The notes beneath the pieces are model-generated. The model was not told the DNA's origin. It ran no database searches and worked only from the letters and a program-made list of their open reading frames with translations. Below, piece by piece: positions 8,916 to 17,776 of a stretch of DNA of 64,000 bases. Position 1 is the first letter of the stretch. Each line of letters begins with the position of its first letter. This DNA is from an uncultured delta proteobacterium (GTDB lineage Bacteria > Desulfobacterota > Binatia > UBA9968). The translations under genes were made by a program, and so were the position numbers. The stretch is from positions 64,001 through 128,000 of the forward strand of contig CAWFJP010000014.1 of assembly GCA_963816145.1 (NCBI GenBank), given 5' to 3'.

Positions 8916-10883
8916 GTGAAGCTAGCGTACCGACCCAGAACGTTGCTTAATACCTCATCCGTCATTCCGGCAAAGCAGGCGATAGCTAGCGCGACTCGGA
9001 ATCCAGGAAACTGGCAAACCTGGATGCCGGCTTTCGCCGGCATGACAATCAGCAGGTCCCCGACTTATTTTGCGGATTTACCGGCCGGGACGCTAATATC
9101 GAGATTCAAAATCATCCTATTGCTGTTAGTTCTGAGCGGCTGTTCATGGCGAGAGGACCTCTATTCCCGTTCGCTGGCGGCCAGGACTTCCGCCGACCTA
9201 GTCTTGCGCGGCGGCAAGATCGTCACCGTCGATGGCGCTTTCTCGATCAAAGAAGCGGTCGCGATATGGGATGGCCGTTTCGTCGCCGTCGGCAGCGACG
9301 GCGAGATCCGCGACTACATCGGCCCGCACACCCGAGTCATCGAGCTTGGCGGAAGGACGGTGATCCCAGGTTTGATCGATTCGCATATCCACGCGACGGT
9401 AGCGGGGCTGAGTTGGGATGCGGAGCTTCACTGGGAGCTTAACCGCACGCTTGCCGATGGTTTGCGGCAAATCGCTACGGCGGCGCAGAGCAAAAAGGCC
9501 GGGAGCTGGATCGTGATCGGCGGCGGTTGGGTGCCGACCCAGTTCGTCGAGAGACGTTTCCCGACGCGCGCCGAGCTCGATGCCATCGCGCCAAACCATC
9601 CCATCTATGTTCAATATCTCCGCCAGGGCGCGTTGCTCAATAGCGCGGCGCTCGCTGCTCTCGGTATCACGAGCCAAACCGCCGATCCGGTCGGCGGCCG
9701 CATCGATAAAAACCCAGCCACCGGAGCGCTCACCGGCTGGTTGCAGGGCGTGGCGGCGTGGGAGTCAGCTTACAATAAGATTGGCCATTTCTCGATTGCC
9801 GACGCGCGCCAGAGCTTGCGCAACTGTTTCCGTGAACTGAATCGTTTGGGGATCACTTCGGTGGCCGACCTGCAAACCGGCGGGGTCAATTTTACCCATC
9901 GGCGATTGCTCGCCGATATGGCGCGCACCGGTGAGCTGAGTTTGCGTCTCAACTATTACGTTGCGCCCAACGAGCCGGGCGACGAGCTGGAGCAGTTGAA
10001 GGTGGCGGCCGAAGAGATCAAGAAGCTTGGTAACAGCGATTTGTTTCGCTTTGCCGGGTTCGGCGAAACGCTGGTGCGCGGCCTCGGTGACGGCGATGTG
10101 CTGTCGAATCCGCAGGGCGTGCAGATCTCCGCCCAAGCGAGCGAAAAGTTACGCGCGATGCTGAGTTATTTCGCCGAGGCGGGCTACAGTTTTCACTTGC
10201 ACGCGACCCAAGACCAAACTGCGCGCCAGTTGCTAGATGTGATCGAGCAGGCGCGCGCGGCCACGCCGTTAGCGCGCCAGCGCATTGTTTTTGCCCATCT
10301 CGAAGACGCCACGGCGGAAACCATCGCGCGAATCAAAAAACTTGATGGCGGCATCGCCGTGCAGGACCGCTTGGCGCTCACCGCCGAACGTAATGTCGAG
10401 TTGTGGGGCGAAGCCAAAACGCGCCGGGCGCCGCCGCTGCGGACGATGCTCGCTGGCGGCATTCCCGTCGGTGCGGGGTCGGATGGTTTTCGTTCGGCGA
10501 ATTATTCGCCGATGCTGTCGTTGTGGTGGTTGATCTCGGGCAAGACGGTGGCGGGATCGGCGATTCGCGATGCCGACCAGAATGTCACGCGCGCCGAGGC
10601 GTTACGCATGTACACCATGGGCAGCGCTTGGATGACCGCCGACGAAGCGCGCAAAGGCTCCATCGAAGTCGGCAAGTTCGCCGATCTGGCGGTGCTCAAC
10701 GCCGATTACTTGACTGTGCCGGAAGAGCAGATTCGCAATCTGGCATCGTTGCTAACGATGGTCGGCGGGCGGGTCGTCTACGCCGCCGGTCCCTACGCTG
10801 CATTGGCGACTGGCGCGCCGGCGGACTCCGGGCCCGGCCGCGCCACTGGCCGAACAGGGAGGGGCTTGAAAGGACTGCAGTGA
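8916..10883 (+). CDS. amidohydrolase_3 (YtcJ-like) lipoprotein with in-frame MITE insertion
   Basis: PGLIDSHIH, LHA, AHLE, GSD, GKFADLAVL; lipobox LSGC; AGGAG RBS before GTG 8916. Confidence 0.85.
   Translation: MKLAYRPRTLLNTSSVIPAKQAIASATRNPGNWQTWMPAFAGMTISRSPTYFADLPAGTLISRFKIILLLLVLSGCSWREDLYSRSLAARTSADLVLRGGKIVTVDGAFSIKEAVAIWDGRFVAVGSDGEIRDYIGPHTRVIELGGRTVIPGLIDSHIHATVAGLSWDAELHWELNRTLADGLRQIATAAQSKKAGSWIVIGGGWVPTQFVERRFPTRAELDAIAPNHPIYVQYLRQGALLNSAALAALGITSQTADPVGGRIDKNPATGALTGWLQGVAAWESAYNKIGHFSIADARQSLRNCFRELNRLGITSVADLQTGGVNFTHRRLLADMARTGELSLRLNYYVAPNEPGDELEQLKVAAEEIKKLGNSDLFRFAGFGETLVRGLGDGDVLSNPQGVQISAQASEKLRAMLSYFAEAGYSFHLHATQDQTARQLLDVIEQARAATPLARQRIVFAHLEDATAETIARIKKLDGGIAVQDRLALTAERNVELWGEAKTRRAPPLRTMLAGGIPVGAGSDGFRSANYSPMLSLWWLISGKTVAGSAIRDADQNVTRAEALRMYTMGSAWMTADEARKGSIEVGKFADLAVLNADYLTVPEEQIRNLASLLTMVGGRVVYAAGPYAALATGAPADSGPGRATGRTGRGLKGLQ
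8925..9093. mobile_element. 169-bp MITE, copy 2, with TA target duplication inside CDS
   Basis: TA|GCGTACCGACC...GGCCGGGACGC|TA; same length and internal palindromes as copy 1. Confidence 0.85.
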
Positions 10884-10938
10884 CCCGGTTCCTGCCGCGT
10901 TGGTCGATGCATGTTGGGTATGACGGCGAGTCCTGGGC

Positions 10939-10965
10939 TGTGATTTCGAGCAAAGCGAGAAATCT
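10939..10965. repeat. REP-like singlet
   Basis: TGTGATTTCGAGCAAAGCGAGAAATCT. Confidence 0.6.
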
Positions 10966-11052
10966 TTCCCATTTGGCGCACTGCAACCAAAGTCGGACTG
11001 AACCATTACGGAAGTCCCAACTGTATTAATCGGATTAACTAAAGGAGGTCCC

Positions 11053-12003
11053 ATGATCTGGGTTCGTAAATTGAGTGTGATGCCTCTGTTGGCGTTAGCG
11101 TTCGTTGTGAACCGGCCGGCATTTGCGGCGGAGCGGTTTTACATCAGCATTCCGGGGCCAACACTGAGCTATGTACCGCTTTATTATGGCCAAGAAAGAG
11201 GCTTCTTCACCCAGGAAGGTTTGGACCTGCAAGTTTTGGTGGTGCGCGGAATCGTCGGTGTCAGCAGTCTCATGTCGGGTGAGATCGATGTCACCTGTCA
11301 TGCCGGCAGCGGCTTTTCGGCGGCGCTGCGCGGTGTGCCGATCAAAGTCATCTCGGTGACGCGTGACCGGCCGATCCATGAATTGATCGTTGCGCCGACG
11401 GCGAATTCTGCCGCCGAACTCAAGGGCAAAGCCATCGCGGTGGGATCGTTGGACGGCACGGCGGCGGTGATGACGCGGCGCATCCTCCAAGCCAAAGGGC
11501 TCGATGCCGCCAAGGATGTTTCGCTCTTGAGCATGGACACGCCGGCGCGCTTGCAGTCGTTGATTTCCGGTCGCGTCGCCGGCGCGATGATGACGCCGCC
11601 GTCGATCTACCTCGCCGAAGAAAAGGGCTACAAAGTGTTTGGCCGCGGCCGAGACTATATGCGCTATCTGCAGACCGGGGTGGTTTCGACGGACAGTCAT
11701 ATCAAACAGCAACGCGACAAGTTGGTGCGATTTCTTAAGGCTTGGAACCGTGGCTTGAAGGCTTACCAGGATAGCCCCGAGCTCATGGTGCCGTTTATTC
11801 AAAAGCGGTTGGGCATCAAGGACGCGCAGCTGGCGCGCCGCATGTATGATGACGACGCGCCGTTCGTACTTAGCGGCGGCCGGCTGAGCGCCGATGCCGC
11901 CAAAGAGATCGTCGAGGTCGGTCGTGAAGCCTTGCGCGTCAAAGAGCCGGTGGCGCCGGAAAAGATCTTTGACTTTTCGCTGGCGTTGGAAGCGGGACGG
12001 TAG
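11053..12003 (+). CDS. ABC substrate-binding protein (NMT1/SsuA-like)
   Basis: GFFTQEGLD, LKGKAIAVGS, C-terminal IFDFS; AGGAGG RBS. Confidence 0.85.
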   Translation: MIWVRKLSVMPLLALAFVVNRPAFAAERFYISIPGPTLSYVPLYYGQERGFFTQEGLDLQVLVVRGIVGVSSLMSGEIDVTCHAGSGFSAALRGVPIKVISVTRDRPIHELIVAPTANSAAELKGKAIAVGSLDGTAAVMTRRILQAKGLDAAKDVSLLSMDTPARLQSLISGRVAGAMMTPPSIYLAEEKGYKVFGRGRDYMRYLQTGVVSTDSHIKQQRDKLVRFLKAWNRGLKAYQDSPELMVPFIQKRLGIKDAQLARRMYDDDAPFVLSGGRLSADAAKEIVEVGREALRVKEPVAPEKIFDFSLALEAGR

Positions 12004-12049
12004 GTTGTGTGTTAGGATTTTCGGGTTTTGAGTCACGGCGCCGTGCGCG

Positions 12050-12997
12050 CTATTTCTTCAAAGCCGTGCGCAGAAAACTGTAGTCAACCACATCGGCCTG
12101 CGGGATTGGTTTGGTGATTTTTGCCAGGAACTTGGCTTCGTCGATGGCCGCTTGTAGCGAGCTGTCTTCGACGAAGCCATCTTGGGAGAGGGCGCCGACC
12201 ATATACTTGTAAGCTTCTTCGACGACATCTTTCTGGTAGCCGTACTTTTTCTGGGCGAACGCGATGAATCCGGCGCGTTCGGCTTTCAATGCGCGGGTGG
12301 CGCGGACGAAGGCGCGCACCATGCGCTGGACCTGGCCGGGATTCTTCTGGATCTTTTCGACGCTGGTGGCGAGACCGGTGAGCGGGCGCTGGAGAATTTT
12401 GCCAGCGTAGACCAACTCATGATAACCCTCTTTCTTGAGTTGGATATTGAGCGGCACCGGCATATGCGTCGCTTGCACGGTTCCCGCCATCAAGGCGGCG
12501 TGGCGCAGCGTGTCGGTGCCCAAGGTGACGATGGTCACGTCTTTTTCTGGATCGAGGCCGAGCGAACGCAGACCGGCTCGGGCGGCGAGATCGCCGGTGG
12601 CGCCGAAGGAGCTGACGCCGACTCGCTTGCCTCGCAGGGCGGCGGCATTGGGAATCTCCGGACGGGACATGAGCGCGTGCAGCACGCGCGAGAAATCAAA
12701 AGTCAGATTACGCACCGGCACGCCCAGGATGGCGCCGCGGATGATCGTGCCGACGCTGTAGCTATAGTCGATATCGCCGGAGAGCAGGGCCTTGATGCCG
12801 AGATCGGCGCGCAGCGAAACATAGACCGCATCGATGCCCTCGTCGCGGTAAAAGCCGCGCTCGATACCGTAGAGCAGCGGGCCAATGGACAGCGCGGCGC
12901 GCGCCGAGTGGCCGACGATCACTTTATCTTGTGCCGCCGCCGGCGAGTGAATAGCGAGCCCGATTACTAAAAGAAATGCACCAAAGTATTTTGTCAT
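12050..12997 (-). CDS. ABC substrate-binding protein (NMT1/SsuA-like)
   Basis: GFYRDEGID, LRGKRVGVSSFG, VVDYSFL. Confidence 0.85.
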   Translation of the reverse strand: MTKYFGAFLLVIGLAIHSPAAAQDKVIVGHSARAALSIGPLLYGIERGFYRDEGIDAVYVSLRADLGIKALLSGDIDYSYSVGTIIRGAILGVPVRNLTFDFSRVLHALMSRPEIPNAAALRGKRVGVSSFGATGDLAARAGLRSLGLDPEKDVTIVTLGTDTLRHAALMAGTVQATHMPVPLNIQLKKEGYHELVYAGKILQRPLTGLATSVEKIQKNPGQVQRMVRAFVRATRALKAERAGFIAFAQKKYGYQKDVVEEAYKYMVGALSQDGFVEDSSLQAAIDEAKFLAKITKPIPQADVVDYSFLRTALKK

Positions 12998-13095
12998 GTT
13001 GTCATCCTTGAACGTTGGCTCTAGCAATTGCAAGGCGTGCTTGCAAAGCCAATTTGAAACTCGTAGTTCTGGCTAAGCGATTGGGAGCAAAGAGC

Positions 13096-14514
13096 ATGAG
13101 CTATAAGGACGTAAGGCAGTGGATTCAAAAAGTTCAGGAGATGGGCGAGCTCAAAGTCATTGAAGGCGCCGACTGGAACCTGGAAATCGGCGCGTTGTCC
13201 GTCTTGGCGTCGAAGCATAAAGAAAACAGCCCGGCGCTGCTTTTCGACAAGATCAAAGATTACCCCGCTGGCTACCGCATCCTGGTCGGTTTCTTCGAAA
13301 GCTTGAAACGATCGGCATTGACGACGAACTTGCCGCTCGACATCAGCCGTGACGGTTTCATCCAAGCATGGCGCGAGCGCTTGGCCAAGCCGGCATCGAT
13401 CCCACCGGTGACCGTTTCGAGCGGGCCGATTTTGGAAAACGTTTTTACCGGTGACGACATCGATCTTTTCAAATTTCCCGTGCCGTTTTGGCATGAGCGC
13501 GACGGCGGACGCTATATTGGCACCGGTCATGTCGTTATCACCCGCGATCCCGACGACGGCTGGGTCAACGTCGGCTGCTATCGCGTGATGGTGCATGATC
13601 GCAACACCATGGGCATGAATATTTCTCCCGGCAAGCATGGCCGCATGCACCGGCAGAAGTATTTCGATCGTGGCAAGCCGTGCCCAGTGGTGTGCTGTTT
13701 CGGCGTCGATCCGCTCCTGCATATGTTCGCGACCCGCCCCGAGCCCTACGGCCGGAGCGAATTCGATGCGGTCGGCGGTATCAAAGGCGAAGCGATGGAA
13801 GTGATTACCGGAGCGACGACCGGCCTGCCGATTCCCGCCTATGCGGAGATCGCCATCGAAGGCGAGTTTCTACCGGATCAAGGCAAAGAAGAGGGTCCAT
13901 TCAGCGAGTGGACCGGATATTACGCCAGCGGCGAGAAACTCGAACCGCTGATCAAAGTCCATCGCCTGTACCATCGCAACGATCCGATCATTACCGCCTC
14001 GCCGGAATACCGGCCGACGGCTCGGGCCGAGCATTGTTATGAACTGCTGCGCGCGGCCTACATCCGCGATCAAGTGGAAAAGGCCGGCGTGCCGGATGTC
14101 ACCGCCGTCGCCAGTTATTTTCGCAGATTCTTAACGGTCTTGGCGATCAAGCAGCGCTACCCGGGCCATGCGCGCCAAGCCGGATTGATCGCCAGCCAAT
14201 GCCAGGGTTCGGCCTATCTCGGCCGCTACATCGTCGTCGTCGACGACGATATCGATGCCTACGACATCAACGACGTGCTGTGGGCGATGTGCAGCCGCGC
14301 CGATCCGGTGAACTCCGCTGAAATCATCCGGCGCTGCTGGAGCGGGCCGCTTGATCCGATCATTCCCAAGGAGCGCAAGGGGTTCAGCTCGCGCATGATT
14401 GTCGACGCTTGCCGGCCGTTCGAGTGGCGCGACAACTTCCCGCCGGCGGCCCATATCAGTCCGGAACGCCAGCAGGCAGTGATCGCGAAGTGGAAGAAAG
14501 AGTTATTCAGTTAG
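13096..14514 (+). CDS. UbiD family prFMN-dependent (de)carboxylase
   Basis: DGGRYIG, NVGCYR, EGPFSEWTGYY, VVDDDID, WAMCSR. Confidence 0.92.
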   Translation: MSYKDVRQWIQKVQEMGELKVIEGADWNLEIGALSVLASKHKENSPALLFDKIKDYPAGYRILVGFFESLKRSALTTNLPLDISRDGFIQAWRERLAKPASIPPVTVSSGPILENVFTGDDIDLFKFPVPFWHERDGGRYIGTGHVVITRDPDDGWVNVGCYRVMVHDRNTMGMNISPGKHGRMHRQKYFDRGKPCPVVCCFGVDPLLHMFATRPEPYGRSEFDAVGGIKGEAMEVITGATTGLPIPAYAEIAIEGEFLPDQGKEEGPFSEWTGYYASGEKLEPLIKVHRLYHRNDPIITASPEYRPTARAEHCYELLRAAYIRDQVEKAGVPDVTAVASYFRRFLTVLAIKQRYPGHARQAGLIASQCQGSAYLGRYIVVVDDDIDAYDINDVLWAMCSRADPVNSAEIIRRCWSGPLDPIIPKERKGFSSRMIVDACRPFEWRDNFPPAAHISPERQQAVIAKWKKELFS

Positions 14515-14570
14515 AAGCCAGACATGGTTTCGTGGAGCGGAGCATCCAAGCACTTGGGAGTAAACTGACC

Positions 14571-15032
14571 ATGAGCCAATTAATAAAACTGTTGTCGGTG
14601 GCGTTTTTGGCAATATTTTTAAGCGGCGTGGGTAGAGCCGCCGAGACTCCGCCCAGCAAAGAGGCGCCGAAAGCAAGCGTGAATAAACCCGCGCCCCAGA
14701 AAAAGACCACCAAGGCGAAGAAACCGAAGGTGCAAAAATTCGTCGGCAACATCTCGGCCATCGACACCAAGTCTGGCGCGGTGTCGGTCAAGGGAAGCGA
14801 CGGCGAGAAAAATTTCATAACCCAGGACGCCGCCAAAGATGCATTGGAGCGGCTCGCGGTCGGCGACCGCGTTCGAGTTCAGTATACTGAAAAAGACGGG
14901 AAACTCATGAGCTCCTCGGTACGGCGCGTAAAACTGCCGCAGACCAAGAACAAGACAACTGAAGAAACTGCCAAGAGCAAATCGACGAAAACGCCGAGTC
15001 AACAAAAATCAACCAAAGACGCGGTTAAGTAG
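14571..15032 (+). CDS. secreted Lys-rich protein with small OB-like domain
   Basis: Signal peptide; core FVGNISAID...LAVGDRVRVQY; Lys-rich flanks. Confidence 0.7.
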   Translation: MSQLIKLLSVAFLAIFLSGVGRAAETPPSKEAPKASVNKPAPQKKTTKAKKPKVQKFVGNISAIDTKSGAVSVKGSDGEKNFITQDAAKDALERLAVGDRVRVQYTEKDGKLMSSSVRRVKLPQTKNKTTEETAKSKSTKTPSQQKSTKDAVK

Positions 15033-15120
15033 AAGCCCAGTTTCATCAAAGTGATCAACGACCTTGCCTTTTTTGAGGGATAATGCGATGCGGCTTTGGG
15101 CGTTTCAACATGGACATGCG

Positions 15121-15156
15121 AAAAAAGAGGCCGGATTCTTTTGAATCCGGCCTCTT
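15121..15156 (-). terminator. intrinsic terminator (probably bidirectional)
   Basis: Perfect 14-bp stem AAGAGGCCGGATTC/GAATCCGGCCTCTT with A-run giving a U-tract on minus. Confidence 0.85.
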
Positions 15157-15237
15157 GCCACTGAACGTGACGGGGGCTCAGTGGCGCCGCTGGTCCCGTG
15201 GGAGCTTGCTGAAGGAGGCAGCGCGGGACGCGGCAAG

Positions 15238-15435
15238 TCAATTTAGATTAGAGCTGCTGGTCGCTTGCCTCCATTTTTCCCGTTGCAGACGGCGCTGCAG
15301 GTAGGTGTCTTTGGGCCAGTTCCAATTGCGGCCCGGAAGTTCTTCGCCGGTGTAGGCTGCGCCGTTAACTTTGCTCTGCAAGAAAACCCGTTGCCAGTAA
15401 CTCGGTTTGTCCACCGCGGTATCCATTGCTTTCAT
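15238..15435 (-). CDS. 65-aa hypothetical small protein
   Basis: GAGGAGG RBS, MKAMDTAVDKPSYW...SSNLN, upstream sigma54-like promoter, downstream terminator. Confidence 0.65.
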   Translation of the reverse strand: MKAMDTAVDKPSYWQRVFLQSKVNGAAYTGEELPGRNWNWPKDTYLQRRLQREKWRQATSSSNLN

Positions 15436-15535
15436 TTTTCCGTCCTCCTCTTTCTCCTTGATAATTAGACGTTCTAAGGTTCCCAACCGCATACCTGTTT
15501 CTGTCGCTGATCCGTCCTTGTGATTATTCCAATAG

Positions 15536-15552
15536 TGCAGGAGCCGTGCCGG
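15536..15552 (-). promoter_or_regulatory. sigma54 (-24/-12) promoter candidate
   Basis: CCGGCACGGCTCCTGCA = GG-N10-GC, close to TGGCAC-N5-TTGCW. Confidence 0.55.
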
Positions 15553-15892
15553 AATTCGGAAGAGCCCTGGACGCATAGGCTGTCCAGAATTTTCTTATTT
15601 CAAGACTTTAATATCGAGGCAGCGAGGACCGGAGAAACTGGCCAAATCCTTGGATCGGTCAGAAGTGCCAGACTTATTGGCGACGGCACTGATCCTTGGC
15701 AGAGTGGGCATAAACAGAAAACTACTGAGCCGTCAAAGGCTTACAATGGACGTCTCAACTCACTGGGGCGTGGCCCTGAGATAGCCGCCCGTGCCCTTGG
15801 CTGCCCGGGGGGGCTATCTGACTGCCAGGTAACTTTAGTTACATCCAGGGTAAACAAATGGATACGGGAACATCGATCCGTCCCCTGGCGGT

Positions 15893-16888
15893 TCACACTT
15901 TGAAGGTATCGAGGGTCGCTCGCGGGAAAAGTTCATCGACGCTCAGGTTCCGCTCTGCGAGACCTTGGTCGCCACTGTAGCGGAGGAAAGTTTCAAGAGT
16001 CTTGCGATTAGCCTCGACGCCGTACGGCCAGAAGTCTTGGCCCATGAGCTGGCGTATGTCTTCGGCATGATTGGCGGCCCAGGGGATCGCCGCGTGCATC
16101 GCGTCATTGCGGAAAATCGCATCGATGCACTGCTGCTTGGCGTCGAGCAGCGCTTTGTACAGACTCTGGGGAACCCACGGATGGCGCTTGCATAGCTCCT
16201 CGCGCAATACCATGACATGCATGATAGGAAAAATCCCGGTGCGGCGAAAATGATCGGTCTCGACCGCGCGCGGATCGGCGAACAGCCGGCGCACCTGTGG
16301 CACTCGCCTGACGAACGGCGCCGGCACCTGCGCAGTTAGCAACGCATCGATCTCGCCAGAGACCAACATATCGGAGAGATTTTTGCCGGCGGGTATATTC
16401 CGGATTTCGATCTCGGCTGGCAGTTTCAATGCCACTTTCTCCTTGCGCTCCGAAGACTCCAAACCGCCGGTGAGCCAGCGAATATCGCTCGGCCGGACGC
16501 CGTAGTCATCTTGCAAGAAGCCGCGCAGCCAGACCGTGGCGGTCATTTGCCACTCGGGAATGCCGACGCGTTTGCCTTTCAAGTCTTCGGGCTTGTCGAT
16601 GCCGGCCGCGACATTGACGTAGGCGCAGGAGTGGCGGAACTTGCGATAAACGAACGCCGGAATGCCGACGAACGGATAGCCGCCGTGCGCTTTGCCGGCG
16701 ACGAAGCTGCCGAAGGACATTTCCGCGGCGTCGAATTCCTGATGCATGCCCATGCGCCAATGAACTTCCGGCGGCCGGTTAATGGTGATGAAGTTGATTT
16801 CCAGCCCTTCGGCGCGCACGGCGCCGTCTTTCAGAGGGCGAACGATGTCGTAATCGCCGCAGCCGAGGTCGATGGTTAACTGTGCCAT
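15893..16888 (-). CDS. 4,5-dihydroxyphthalate decarboxylase (Pht5)-like SBP-fold protein
   Basis: LGCGDYD, FDAAEMS, RKFRHS, GIFPIMH, DFWPYG. Confidence 0.85.
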   Translation of the reverse strand: MAQLTIDLGCGDYDIVRPLKDGAVRAEGLEINFITINRPPEVHWRMGMHQEFDAAEMSFGSFVAGKAHGGYPFVGIPAFVYRKFRHSCAYVNVAAGIDKPEDLKGKRVGIPEWQMTATVWLRGFLQDDYGVRPSDIRWLTGGLESSERKEKVALKLPAEIEIRNIPAGKNLSDMLVSGEIDALLTAQVPAPFVRRVPQVRRLFADPRAVETDHFRRTGIFPIMHVMVLREELCKRHPWVPQSLYKALLDAKQQCIDAIFRNDAMHAAIPWAANHAEDIRQLMGQDFWPYGVEANRKTLETFLRYSGDQGLAERNLSVDELFPRATLDTFKV

Positions 16889-16939
16889 GGTATTTTCAGT
16901 TCGTGGTGACGACGAGCTTCCTTTTTCTATTGTCGCGGC

Positions 16940-16998
16940 GCGTGTTTGTCACTCGTGGCTCGTGATCCGGTCGAACCCGAGCCACGAACACTGTCACG
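16940..16998. repeat. imperfect intergenic palindrome
   Basis: GTGTTTGTCACTCGTGGCTCG...CGAGCCACGAACACTGTCAC. Confidence 0.5.
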
Positions 16999-17001
16999 TT
17001 C

Positions 17002-17670
17002 CTACGCGTACGCATTATAGATGCCTCGGAACTTGGCGATCTTGAAGCGCACCATATGTACCGCGGCTTCGCGCACGAGCTGTTGTTGGTGTTCGGTGTT
17101 GGTGTGCTTGGCGATCACTTCGGCGGCCATCGCTGTGTGTTCCTGGTCGGCGATGGCGTGGACCGTGAAGAATTGGATCTGCTTGTCGTTGAGGCCGTAG
17201 TGTTTCTTCAGCGCAAAGATATGTTCTTCGGAGTAACGGCAGACCATGGTTTCGTTGACCAGAGCCGACGCGCGATTTTCCGGCGCCGATCCTAAAAGCA
17301 TGCCGTGAATGGTCTTGCTCGTATGCGCGAGGCACTCGAAGATCGGCGTCGCTTTCTGAAAGTCTTCTTCTTGCAGACCGACTTCAAGTCCGAACTTCTT
17401 CGCCAAGTCCGGGTGATACTGCTCTTCGTTCATCTGATAGAGAAAATATTTGAACAGCTCGGGCTCGTGGCTGTTCTTGACCATGCACAAGGCAAAGCCT
17501 TTGAGCAGCGCATGATTATGCAAGTAATGCTGCAGGGCCCAGCCTTGCAGCCGTTTCTTCGACAACGTGCCGGCGCGCAGCTCGGTGAAGTAGGGCAGTC
17601 CGACCAACTCGTCGACGCCGGGTTGGATGATCTCTTTGATGACTGAATCGATAAATGCTTGAGTCGCCAT
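17002..17670 (-). CDS. heme-oxygenase-like diiron enzyme (PqqC/TenA/CADD superfamily)
   Basis: NEEQYH, VNE, FFTVHAIADQEH putative diiron ligands. Confidence 0.8.
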   Translation of the reverse strand: MATQAFIDSVIKEIIQPGVDELVGLPYFTELRAGTLSKKRLQGWALQHYLHNHALLKGFALCMVKNSHEPELFKYFLYQMNEEQYHPDLAKKFGLEVGLQEEDFQKATPIFECLAHTSKTIHGMLLGSAPENRASALVNETMVCRYSEEHIFALKKHYGLNDKQIQFFTVHAIADQEHTAMAAEVIAKHTNTEHQQQLVREAAVHMVRFKIAKFRGIYNAYA

Positions 17671-17734
17671 GGGGTTCTCCTTCTGAGTCTACTGGCATGG
17701 TGTCCATGAATGTTGGCCTGATGGTCGATATTCT

Positions 17735-17760
17735 CGGGCGGGGATCACGACCCGCCCCTT
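17735..17760. repeat. GGGGCG...CGCCCCT REP-like hairpin
   Basis: GGGCGGGGATCACGACCCGCCCCT; related to 41338 and 42466. Confidence 0.55.
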
Positions 17761-17776
17761 CTGGGTTTGCTTCTGG

